A stretch of 64,000 nucleotides of DNA from Takakia lepidozioides (Eukaryota; Plantae; Bryophyta). The notes beneath the pieces were generated by a model. That model saw only the letters and a program-made list of their open reading frames with translations. It searched no databases and was not told the origin of the DNA. The translations under genes were made by a program, and so were the position numbers. Positions 11,805-23,461 of this stretch are shown piece after piece. How positions within the stretch are numbered: position 1 is the first letter of the stretch; every line of letters starts with the position of its first letter. Location: NCBI GenBank assembly GCA_030704615.1, contig CM060732.1, positions 35,836,001-35,900,000 on the forward strand, written 5' to 3'.

Positions 11805-14800
11805 TTGAATTATCTACAAATGTTACAGAGACTGGATTAGGCTTGTGCTTCACACCTCTTTCCCTCCACCCTTACTGTCAGCGTAGACTATTATGGTGGC
11901 ACATTTGATGATTTTTACATCTCTGTAGATGCTCAAATGTTAGACTCTTGGGCTCAAGATGTCTTTGTCGACCATTTTTCATAAGGTCTTTCTCATGGAT
12001 CGCTTTGGGGTTCTTGCCTAGTAGAGTGTTTTGCAGAATGATTGGTATTTCCCCTCCATTATTACTAGTAAGTGTGTAGGACTAGATCAAGTGCATGACA
12101 ATGGACTTACTTTTTTCTTGGTGTGCTTGAGATCTCCTTCTTTAGAATTTTGCAGCCCAATTACCTGTCTGCAGCTCTATGTTTAGGGTGGGCTCCCAGT
12201 CTGTGGATAGATTGTACTCATAAGACGTTGTTTGCCGTAGCCTTGTGGCCATTGACCCCGCGCCCAGTTTGAGCGGGAACAAAAGGGACAGAACCTACCT
12301 CTGTCAGGGGCTGACGTTGGTAGTAAGACTTACCTCCATATATAGAATTAATCCGGGTTTTCCAGATATCCTCTAGAAATCCCTTCACAAAAGCATCAAT
12401 CTGCTGTGTGTGATTTGCCCAAAAACTAGGCCTCAGGAGGGCCTGGGCTTTTGGCTCAGCCTCGAGACTTTCAAAGTTGGTAAACAGGGGTACAGGCACA
12501 ATACCCTTAATAGATTTGAAGAGAGCGTCTCTTTGGTGAGAGAACCCCGGACAGTGTATCAGAAAATGAATACTGTCTTCAGATTGCCCACACAACGGGC
12601 AATTGCACTCTCCCTTTCCTCTCTGCTTCTGTTTGCTGTTCAAAGGTAGGCTTCCTGCCCTGAGTTTAAATTTCAGTCTAGTGCCGAGAGTGGGTAGACC
12701 CTTGAGGTCATCCAAGATGTCCTCCCCCATGTCACAGACTGGAAACAAGTTCAGGGAAGTTTTCTGCCTAACTTCATTTTCATCAGACAATCTCATGGCA
12801 ACAGACATGGCTGAGGACACTACAGCCTCTAAGTCAGATTTATCCAGCAGGGTCAAGACTTGCGGATCCAGGTCCAGGTCCTTGAGGATCTCTTCTACTC
12901 TCTTCTGCCAGGACTTAGCCTGTTTGACAGGGCGGTCCTGTTTCCAAGATATAGAGTCAATTAACCTAGGATATCTGGTGTTGGGCATATGTTGCAGCTG
13001 ACCCCACCATCTGACCTTGAATTCATCTCGTCGGGAGCTTAAGGACGGAATGCCAAACTCACCCCGAACAGCCACATTGGCTGTTTTGGAGCATGCTGAC
13101 ATACACTCCTTAAGCACCCCCACTTGAATGGATTCTAGAGACTTAGCCTGGTTGGAGTTATCAACCCATATAGCAGATCCGTACTCCAAGGCAGGTCTAA
13201 TAACGCGACAAAGCATGGTTTTCTTAACCTCAGAGTTGACCCCTCTGCAGTGGAAAAATTTAGTGAGCCCCAGAGCTTTGCCCTTGCCAGTTTGAACAAC
13301 TTTCCGGATATGTGCATCCCAATTACAATTGGAGGAGAACTCAACGCCCAGGAAAGTGTAGGAAGGGAGGACCGGGATCTCTTGACTACCCCACTGCCAC
13401 TTAAGATCACTTCCTCCCTCTCCTCTGTCGTTGAATGCTACCACTGCACATTTGCTGACATTAGCCTCTAGCCCCCAAAGATCAAAGTATCTCTTCGCGC
13501 AATCAATCAACTCCTGGAGATTGGTTGGAGTCTCCCCTATGCCTGCGAAGTCATCCGCAAACATAAGGGCTGGTATGGTGGTATCACCCACCCTTAACCC
13601 AAATCCCTCACTTTCCACATCCTCGAGGAGTTGATTGATGAAAACATTGAAGAGCAGAGGGGAGAGAGTACATCCTTGAGCTACACCTTGGTCTATGTCA
13701 AAGAAGTTGGACTTCTGTCCGTTAACAGTGACACAGCTTTTGGTGTGAGCATACAAGTTGTGGACAACTCTCCACATCTTTCCCTTGATCCCACAAGACC
13801 AGAGGCGGAACCATAGGCCATCTCTCCACACTGTGTCATAAGCCTTTTTGACATCCAGGAAAAAGACATAAGTGGGTTTCCCTTGTTTTTTCCTTCCCTG
13901 GATAATCTGGCTTAGAGTGAAGATATGATCCACACAGCCCCTGTTTCGCCGAAAGCCAGCTTGGCCTTCGTGGATACAACCTCTAGACTCCAGATCTAAT
14001 TCGAGACGAGTACTTATAACTCTGCAGAATGTCTGTGGATAGAGACTGATAGGTCGGACAACCTGCAACATGAGGACTGCCTCTGCCCCACTTGTGCTGG
14101 ACACAACAGGGAAATTTGAAAGTGAAGAATATTTCTTTTCTGACTGTTCTCTCTACTATGATGTCTGTGGGAGAATCTATCGTCTATTCCAACATAGTCA
14201 ATCTCTTACAGACGTCTTCCATTATGGATCAAATGCTTAGCTTCATATCTTCATGCTTAGACAATCCTTGAACAACAGTTGTTTTTGGGCTGCTTGTGGA
14301 GGGCCCGTCTCTCTTTCTTGTTTCTTGCTTTCTCTTGTCCCATAAGCTCTTCGAGCTTTCCACGGATGTCATAAAGTATCGTTTCATTTCATTTCATTTC
14401 TCCGTCCTTCAATAGAAGTCTGTCGACCTCTTCTATCCATCTTTTAGAGGTTTGGCAGAGTAGAGTACTCCATGATCAAACTTATACAAAAGATATGTCA
14501 AGAGTGGCCTATCCCAACCATGACAGCACCAATAGTCAGGAAGTTAAGCCAATCCAGCAATTTTCTAATTATGATAAGCAGAGTCCCTGGTGTGCTTAAC
14601 TCATATCTCTTTCTTTCCTTCGCAGGTCATCAGCAGTATGCGGCACCGCAACCTGGTGGTGCTGCGCGGCTGCTGTGTGGCCAGCAACAGTGGCACAGAT
14701 GGCCATCAGCGGCTGCTAGTATACGACTTCATGGCGCGTGGCAGTCTGGCCGACTGCCTCTTTGGGAAGAACCCTGTGCACTTGGCTTGGCCAGAACGCC

Positions 14801-15471
14801 GCAAGATTGGAGTAGGCATGGCACAGGGCCTGGCATACCTGCACAGTGAAGTTGTCCCGCAGATCATCCACCGCGATGTCAAAGCATCCAATGTGCTGCT
14901 GGATGCACAGTTCAATGTCCGTGTTGCAGACTTCGGGCTGGCAAAGCTTGCTCCTGAGGGGGCATCACACTACACAACTCATGTAGCAGGGACGCACGGC
15001 TATGTAGCTCCAGAGTATGCCCTCTATGGGCAGCTGACAGAGAAGAGCGACGTGTACAGTTTTGGAGTGTGCTTGCTGGAGCTCCTTAGTGGGAGGCCTG
15101 CATTGCAGCCCGCTGATTCCCCCAAGGATTCCTCCAACCTCAGCTTGATCACAGACTGGGCATGGTGGCTGGTGAAGGAGGGCAGGCTAATGGATATTAT
15201 GGACAGTCATGTGCGTGAGACCGGGCCCCGTGATGTGATGCGGCGTTTTGTGTTAGTGGGCATTCTGTGTGCCCACTTGTTGGTAGCCTTTCGACCCACA
15301 ATGACAGAAGTGCTGAAAATGCTGGAAGGGGATTGCCCCATTCCTGAACTCCCCGATCGCCCTCTTCCTCTGACCCACGACGTGGTGGATCTTGAGAACC
15401 CCTACTCTTACTCTGCACAGTCTACCCCTCGGGGCCTTTCGTCTATAAGCACCAGTGATCTACTTCGATAA
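10626..15471 (+). CDS. Receptor-like kinase with a Cys-rich SPARK-type ectodomain (RKF3/At1g11050-like)
   Basis: Exon 1, 10626-11735: signal peptide, 12-Cys ectodomain starting CPLDF, TM helix, GQGGFG, VAVK; donor GAG|gtgatg. Exon 2, 14626-15471: acceptor cgcag|GTC, then HRNLV, HRDVKASN, DFG, GTHGYVAPEY. The phase-0 intron is 2.89 kb. Confidence 0.92.
11771..11800. repeat. (CT)n microsatellite at the start of the RLK intron
   Basis: Direct run of TC dinucleotides. Confidence 0.9.
12212..14030 (-). mobile_element. 5'-truncated LINE (RT plus C-terminal CCHC; RTEX-like), antisense in the RLK intron, with a 13-bp TSD
   Basis: Uninterrupted ORF with QAGFR, FLDVKKAYDTVWR, GVAQGCTLSPLLF, FADD, YTFLGV and CPLCGQSEDSIHFLIHC. 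GTCTGTGGATAGA flanks it at 12199-12211 and 14031-14043. No APE domain. Confidence 0.9.
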
Positions 15472-16109
15472 CACTGGCAGGCACGGTAGAGAGCTTGCTT
15501 AGTAGCTTCTTCACCACCATTTTTCAACCACTCCCATTAAAAGGAACTTTGTAATTTATATCTGTAGGAGGTAAACGACAGTCACGTATCGAAGTAAAAT
15601 ACAGTAGGTGGCAATGATATCAAATCCTACTGAGCATGTCAGTGTGCTCTGAATTTCTTAATCCACCTCAAAATGTCTGGTCAGTATCTCGAACCAAATA
15701 TTGGAGAACATCATGCCCCAGCTCTCATCATCAAGATGAGCTAACACATGCAGAGCATTTGTTCAAGCACTTTCTTGGAACAGGGCCATATCTGCATAGG
15801 AGTTGATGTTTTAGTGGTGAGCTCAAGCAATAAGTGGTTCACAGTACAACTTGAGCTATGTCTTGCTCACAACTGTGTTTAGAGCACAGAGAAAATTCGG
15901 CATTGCATTGTGAATGTATAGGAACTTCAGGGGTCTGAGTTTTGATTTGGTGTATGCTTAGCTGATAAGAAACTCTGAAAGTGCCCTACAAAAACCAGCT
16001 AGGCACCCAGTCAGGTGGTTGTATGCAAAGGTCCTTGTCATAAAGCAGATCAGACATCTCATAGAATGTATGGAGTTTTGAAGCTATTGTAATTGCATTA
16101 GCTCTGGCC

Positions 16110-17446
16110 TCATTCTTCGATTATAACAGCCTCCAAGACCAAATTATCTTCTGCAAGCACAATTTGCCGCACCAAGGAACTCCTTGCATCTTCAACCTGT
16201 ACAGGTCATACAGTGTTGTTGCACAAACTTTGGGGACTTGCACTCCCCTCTTGACTATATAGACATAAGCATTAAAATATGTCAAACTCTCGAGTTTCAG
16301 AGACTTCTTGCTTGTGGAACAGTGCATAACTAAATCTGTGCAATACATGTACACATTCATGGGAAAGGGTAACAACTGTACCAGTGCAGAAACAGCAACC
16401 AGAGTTCAAACCATCACATATGTCTGCAAAACTCGTACACATTGAGGGGGAAAGCTTACCATTGTGTGAGACCACTGGAGAAACAGTAACCAGGTGTTGA
16501 TCAGTTCATCAGGAGCTTCCAAGAAATGATGTGCTTGCTCTAAGCTCTCCTCTGAAGCTCGAGACACTGGTCGGCCTGAGCAAAACATCTAGTTTGTTGA
16601 TATACCTGATACGGGCTTGGCTCACCACGTTTGACGCTTTTACGCCAAGAGAAGCTAAGCTAATACATCCCGGAATGGATCTACAGATGCACCTACTGTT
16701 TTATGACGCATCCCACAGAAGAAAGTTTTGATTCGATCCTGCCATCTGTGGTCCATATCACGGTGGGGAAGGTACAGACTGGTTTTGACACTGGTCCTTA
16801 ATCCGCTTGGATTGTGAGCCAAGATTGTTTAGGATTGCAGCGACTGTTTGATTTGCCAGCATAATGTGTAACTGTCGGCAGAGGTAACGTTATTCGTTTC
16901 TTTTTTCTGCCTGAGTCCTGTATGACATCTGTCTCTGTTTCTTTTGGAAATTGATTTGTGAACCAACCTGATGTACTCTGAAGCAACACAAACACATTCC
17001 TACGTTGTCGTACCTGACGCAGTTCTTAATTCAGGAATGTTCGGAATTGGAGACGTACTAGACTGCAAGCTTGTACCTGTGTACTTGAAGATGGACACGG
17101 CACAGTCAATACCGAATACACACTGAAACAGACGAACAGAACTATATGTAATGCATAGCAGTAACAGTAGTCCCTGTTTTCTACATGTTCCACTGATAAG
17201 AAAGATGAAAAAGAAAAGACAGAGAATGCCACGATCGGCCAAGACTCTAATACTTATCTGGCTTCAAATCGGTACAGCCAATCTGTGCCAGAATCAATAC
17301 TCAACGTCACATCTCTGCTCACATTTTCCCATCTTACAACAATATAAAGTAGCGATCACGGCTTAGTTTGGATAACAAAACAACGGCAGCAAATTAATGA
17401 GAGAAGCAGGAGGAGACAGGAATTCACCCGTGGAAGGGCTCGCCAT
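16110..17446 (-). CDS. Putative small spliced protein (~73 aa) of unknown function
   Basis: Exons 17446-17428 (ATG..G|gtgaat), 16575-16460 (ctcag|GC..ATG|gtaagc) and 16196-16110 (tacag|GTT..TGA) are phase-compatible. They give MASPSTGRPVSRASEESLEQAHHFLEAPDELINTWLLFLQWSHTMVEDARSSLVRQIVLAEDNLVLEAVIIEE. Exon 1 is less certain than exons 2-3, and extra exons may lie in intron 1. Confidence 0.55.
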
Positions 17447-17496
17447 CGCGCTACCCGTCTGCCACCCGTGGTCGTGGAGCGGATGATTGTGTCCAG

Positions 17497-17948
17497 TTGC
17501 TTTTACACCTACCAAGTTCGCTACTTCTTATCTTTATTAACAAAAAAGAAACTAGCACCAACCACCTCAACAACTGGGTAAAGGATCGCCGTATCTCGTG
17601 CTTAAACTCCATCCCCTCTTGCCAACCGCTCCTACCCCCACCTACGAACCCCTTGGCTCTACCACAAGGGATTGCCGCCCTTGCCAAGGTGGATAGGGAC
17701 GCAAAAAAAATCGCATACAATATCATTAAACAAAAAGCTGCTATCAACCATAAACAATTTATCTCCTTTGGGAAACTTTTGCATGATCATCCCAAACGCG
17801 CTCACAAAGCCATCTTCAACCCTGCCCTCAACCCCCCTATCGACTGTCTCAAACACCGGCTAGGACCGTCTTTGCCGTGTCCCCCATCATGGAAACATAG
17901 CCGTACCATCCTCCTATATAAGAAAAGAGACCCCACCGATCTCTGTAA
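17497..17948 (+). mobile_element. LINE RT N-terminal fragment
   Basis: PPSWKHSRTILLYKKRDPTDLCN is the typical segment just before YRPI in LINE RT. It breaks off at the hAT remnant. Confidence 0.6.
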
Positions 17949-20900
17949 CGTATCACTACTGCTTCGGTCGCAACGAGGCTGCGTAGCTTGCGATTGCCTC
18001 TGGCAACATTCACCACACATTTGGCTTCAGTTCTCATTCTTTCAATCAAGGATTGTCATTGAGAATGCCACAAAATTCAGTGTCTTTTTTAATGGACATA
18101 GTGTTTTCCAATCAGAAGTTGTCACTCCCTTGCTATGAACATTTCAGGTGCTTCAAGCAGAGAAGATCCTCAGCATTCGCACTGGTCTTTAAATCGCTGT
18201 ATTTGGGTTCGTGCCTCCTATATATTGCCAAAGGGATGTAGTATGTGCGGATGAACGACACAACAGTCGTCACTCGCTTGACAAGTTGTTTCATCCATTG
18301 TTCTTTTCCCCAATCTTCCAAAAGGAGGTCAAGGATATGAGCAGCACAACCTTGATAGTACATATGAGGATAACGTGCCAACAACATGTCTGTAGTGTTT
18401 CTCATGTTAGCGGCATTGTCTGTGCATATTTGTACGATTCTATCACTTCTGACCTATTCGATGAAGTCCGTCAAGTTGGCATTGATAACGTCCATCTTTC
18501 TTCTCGCCGCTAGTGTCGACCGATCCCAAGAATTGTTCCTCAACTGGACATACGAGCATGACATTGAACAACGGTCTGTTTGTGACAGAACTCCAATCAT
18601 CGGCACATATAGTGCTTCCATATTTTCTGATACACTCGCCCGTCCTATCGTCGACCTTTTGGGTAAGCTCGGTCATGGCGTCTTCTAGCAATCATGTACG
18701 GAGATTGTGATAAGTCGGAGGCACATATGTGGATCTAGACTCCGAGGTTGCTCTAACAACAGAAACAAATGCCGGAAGCCTTGCCACATTAAATAGTATG
18801 TTGGCCTCGAAGAAAAACTACGTCCATTTTTTATTCAACTGTCTTTTCGCAAACAAGTTAAGACCTTCTTGCATGGATTGCTGCCGTAATCCTCTACTCT
18901 GTTGAAGTGTAAAGGTACAAAGAAGTGTTGAAGCAGGTGTTGTTCCGGCACAACCCATTTGTCCAAGGACACCCGAAGCCTCACAAGAGTCGGTACTAAT
19001 CGGGGCATCCTGACGGGAAGATGGAGTGTTATGTTCAGAGGTCATGTCCAGATCCAAAGACATTGGAATATTGCCTCCACACTGGGCAAAGTGGCTTTTT
19101 ACCCGCATAGATGCTTTGGGGTATAAACCCACCCCAACGCTCTTCACACCTTTATAGCCGAGGTGAGCGAACAACCGATCCTTACGATAAGAAAATTTTA
19201 ATCCACATAGGTTGCACTAAACACTACCAGTGACACTAACAGTGTTCAGGATTGCCGTATACCAAGGGCTCCATTCCTCCCTCATCTTCACCCAATATTC
19301 ACTCCCCTGGGACCTAGCGATGCAAGCAACAAAAAACAGTCACCTGTAAATGAACGTGTTGTGAATGTAGAGTGCAATGCGATAGCCCAACACTTCTACA
19401 TCTGTCAGCAACCCAAGTGGGTCGATGTGGGTTGTAGTGTTGAGCTTATACACAATCTGCTGAAGTGGCTTTGGTGGAAGCCACAACGGCAAAAGGTGCG
19501 CACCCTCCTCTTGGGCTACACTCTCATTCAATGGAAGAGAACATCCAAAACAACCTTAAGAGTTTGCGCCAAAAGAAGTGAGAAGCTTGGTGACCCTCCT
19601 CCCTTATATTTGATCCAAGAGGGATGAAAGTGAAATGAAAGTGAAATGAATAAATGACGAACCAATAGCGCCCACCCAAAAAAAACTGTACAACCATATT
19701 TGTTCTAATTTTGAAATTAAGCGACCGCTAATACTACGGTCCGTATTTTTATTTTTTCTGAAAAACAAGCGACCGCCACTACTGCGGTTGCTTTTATTTC
19801 ATTTCATTTTGTGCAATATTGCGGTCACTTCTATTTTGTATATTTTTCAATTTAAGCGACCGCCAAGATAGCGGTCGCTATTTCTTTTTTTAATTCGAAA
19901 AATAAAGCGACCGCCAATCTTGCTTTCATTAAAAACAAATTTGAAGCGACCGCCAATATAGCGGTCGCTATTTCTTTTTCTATTTCGAAAAAATAAAGCG
20001 ACGCCCAGTGCGACCGCCAATCTTGCTTTAAAAAATAATAATTGAAGCGACCGCCAATACGGTGGTCGCTATTTCTTTTTTAATTTCGAATAGCAAAGCG
20101 ACCGTCATAATTGGCGGTCGCGTTCATTTTGTTAATTTTCAAAAATATATTTGTCACCGTGCGACTGCATATACGGCAGTCGCTTGTTTTCTTTTTTAAA
20201 TTAGGCGACCGCCAATACGATTGCCAATCTTGTTTTTTTAAAACAATAAATTGAAGCGACCGCCAGCATAGCGGTCGCTATTTAGTTTTTAAATTCGAAA
20301 AATAAGGCGAACGCCAGTGCGACCGCCAATCTTGCTTTTTTTTTTAAACATTTGAAGCGACCGCCAATATGGCGGTCACTATTTCATTTTCTATTTCAAA
20401 AAATAAGGCGACCGCCATTGCGTCCGCCAATCTTGCTTTAAAAATAAAATAAATTGAAGCGACCACCAATACGGCGGTCGCTATTTATTTTTTAATTTCG
20501 AAAAACAAAGCGACCGCCATAATTGGCGGTCGCGTTCATTTTGTTAATTTTCAAAAATGTATTTGCCACAGTGCGACCGCCAATACGGCAGTCGCTTGTT
20601 TTTTTTTATAAATTAGGCGACCGCCAATACGACCGCAATCTTGTTTTTTTTAAACAATAAACTGATTTAAAAAAATAAAAAGTAAAAATTGAAGTGACTG
20701 CCAGCATAGCGGTCGTTATTTGTTTTCTTAATTCGAAAAATAAGGCGACCGCCAATGCGACCGCCAATCTTGCTTAAAATAAAATAAAAATTGAAGCGAC
20801 CGCCAATACGGCGGTTGCTATTTCTTTTTTAATTTCGAAAAAAAAGCGAATTGGCGGTCGTGTTCATTTTGTTAATTTTCAAAATGTATTTGCCACCGCC

Positions 20901-21052
20901 ACCGTGTCGGCGACATGGCTGCTTAAGTGGCAGTATTTTACCTGGTATTTTTTTTACCAGAATATTCCCCGAACCTGACGTGACGGAGGTCCCGTCAACG
21001 TCAGGTCTGACGTGACGTGACGCTGACTGACGGACGTGACGCTGATAACCGG
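17949..21052 (-). mobile_element. Degenerate hAT DNA transposon (BED finger plus DUF659 transposase) with a long subterminal region
   Basis: CNLCGLKF..AHLG (BED), ICADDWSSVTNRPLFNVML, TDNAANM and CAAHILDLLLEDWG appear in broken frames at 17950-19290. An ACGTGACG-rich terminus ends ...GCTGATAACCGG at about 21052. The opposite end is missing. Confidence 0.82.
19720..20900. repeat. Array of GCGACCGC motifs and palindromes in AT-rich spacers, with a ~410-bp higher-order period
   Basis: Dozens of GCGACCGCCAAT or GCGGTCGC motifs, often as AGCGACCGC-N7-GCGGTCGCT. The block AATTGGCGGTCG(C/T)GTTCATTTTGTTAATTTTC recurs near 20109, 20521 and 20849. Confidence 0.9.
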
Positions 21053-22059
21053 GATTTGACTCACGAATCTACAGGAAATGCTGGTGATTAGACTTGCGTA
21101 AAAGTTTCGATTGATTCATGAGACAATCACAAAACACAAAGTTATTAGTTCTATTTATATACGAATTCTAATGTTATTTGTAATTTTGTTTTACAAGTGT
21201 CAGGACAACTCATAGTCTGCAATACTCACGTCAACAGTAACCTTATCGTGGACCAGTGCCCTAGATGCCTGACCATTAGCGATGTCTCTAACCCGTTGGC
21301 TTGAACCTTGATATGATGACAGCCGTAATGGCATATCGACCTCCACCCGCCTGAATCCCACCCTTGAGTCTATTTCTGGGGGGATGCCTCCGCATGAGCC
21401 TGGCCGCGTGAGCGTGTGAGCACGTGAGTGCAGTCAGGCTCACGCCACGTCAGCAGTTCTCGCCACGTTGGTTCAAGGGTGTTACAACACGTCAGCAGTC
21501 ATTGCCAGCATGGTTGACGCCACGTCACGTCATGCCACGTCATTTCCATAGGCACAGACCTATACCGCGGACAGAACAGACGGAAGGGGGGGAATGCTAG
21601 ATCGTGAGCCCAGAGGCGTGAGGTAGGTGCATATTTCCGCGGAATGATTTACCTTTTCCAGTCACTGCAGACTATATCTTCAACATCCATCCCACCGCCG
21701 CCCCTCGTGTCATAAACTGTCCTGGCAGGCCTCATCAACTATGAAACAAGAAATTGAAAGAGGCGGCTATGGCTAGGCTCGAGCTAAATGCTCAACCCCT
21801 TGTCCACACTACTACAGATTAACGTTTTTATGACTACGGGTGATATAAACCTTGGTAACCATGACTATACATGTGACTACGAGGTGATGAAACCCATTGT
21901 TGGGCGCATTTTAATATATTTTAATCTAATGCAGTCATATGTTTTACTACATGACTAGGAGCCGCAGTCAAACATTGTTGACCATGAATATAAGCTTGGG
22001 TTATATAACTAGTAGTAATAGTTGCAGTTAATACAAAATACAATTATAATGTTATTGAA

Positions 22060-22620
22060 ATGTGATGCTAAGACAGCACAAAGAGGCTGATGATTAGTTT
22101 GAATTACAAACTGAGAACCATGCAGGTAAGGACGAAAATGTTTAACCCCAAACACCATGGCTAATCCCTCTTTATCAAACATACCACAGTTCTTTTCAGC
22201 CTTAGACAGACGCCGACTGGAGTATGCTACAACTCTTTCTTCACCATCCACCACTTGACTAATTAAGATGGCACCAATAAAGTCTCAAGAACCATCTGTC
22301 TGCAAAAGAAAGGGTTTAGAAAAGTCAGGATAGATCAGAATAGGGGCTGTTGTGAGGGCCAGCTTCAGGTATTCAAAGGCTTTTTGTTGATTGCTGCTCC
22401 AAAGGAAGCATTCGTCTTTGCTCAAAAGGCAAGTGAGAGGCCCTGCAATCTTTGCAATCCCTCGCACAAACTTCCTATAGTAAGAGGCCAATCCCAGGAA
22501 AGCGCGGATCCCCTCCTTGTCCTGAAGAACTGCGAAGAGCATAATTGCCATGATTTTGTCTGGATCAGGCTGTATACCTTTGGCAGAAATCACATGGCCA
22601 AGATATTTCAACTCACTGAG
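22060..22620 (-). mobile_element. Ty3/gypsy RT-RNase H fragment
   Basis: [57 protein letters not shown]. Confidence 0.9.
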
Positions 22621-23461
22621 ACATAAGGCACATAAATTTAGAAGGCTATTAGAGCACTTACCACGACAGGTGAAGTCCCTATAGGCCTAGGTGACACCAC
22701 ACCAAACAAGTAAGGTACCACCTCCGAACACATGCAGGTCTTGAGGAAGCTTGTTTAAGTGGGAAAATCCAGCGACATCACTGATGTCTCAGAGGTACCT
22801 ACTTGAGAGGAAGTTCCAGCTTTGCTTGTTTTGTTCCACTCCTCTAAATTTTCTGGTCACTTTGGAGTTCATAAGACCATTGCCAGGTTGTGTGAGAAAT
22901 ATCATTGGGTTGGTCTCAATATAGATGTGGCTCAATTCATCGGAGTTATATGTTTTCAGAATGGAATAAAACCATAAGCGAATAGAGAGGACTTTTATAC
23001 GGTACATCTGCACCAATCCAGTGGGGCGAAACCTTCGGTAGTATAGCCAGAAACCCTAAACCTATAGCGGCGGCGGCGAGTTTCGCATTGAGAAATACTT
23101 GGTGATATGGGCACATACCTAAGTAGTGGTGGGTTTCGCATTGAGGAAAGAGAACCTTAAAAGAAAAAACATCGCAACAACTCTTATAGATGACTATAAG
23201 AGGTTTTACAGCTCTATTTATATGACTACATCACTACACGTGACATCTTAAGGCATGTACATAAATGGGTTCATCCATCTATCTTTAACGAAGCACTTGT
23301 GTCAATGGAAGGACACAAAGTGCAAAAAGTTAAAAAATTCAAAAAGTTGCTTTAGGGTTGCCCACGTTCAGCCATGAACACAGTGTAGTGTGAATGCAGG
23401 GGAGTGACATTGAAATTTTTGTTGTTACTTGTTCAAATTCTGCATTTCTACAAGACAGAGA

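Noticed and set aside
19720-20900. CRISPR-like appearance of palindromic repeats with spacers
   Set aside because: The spacers are low-complexity and themselves repeated, spacing is irregular, there are no cas genes, and the context is a eukaryotic hAT element.
21668-21682. AAGATATAGTC on the minus strand, like the group I intron S element
   Set aside because: No matching R element, no P3/P7 partner and no host exon nearby.
23051-23063. AAACCCTAAACC telomere-like sequence
   Set aside because: Under two units, so not an interstitial telomeric array.
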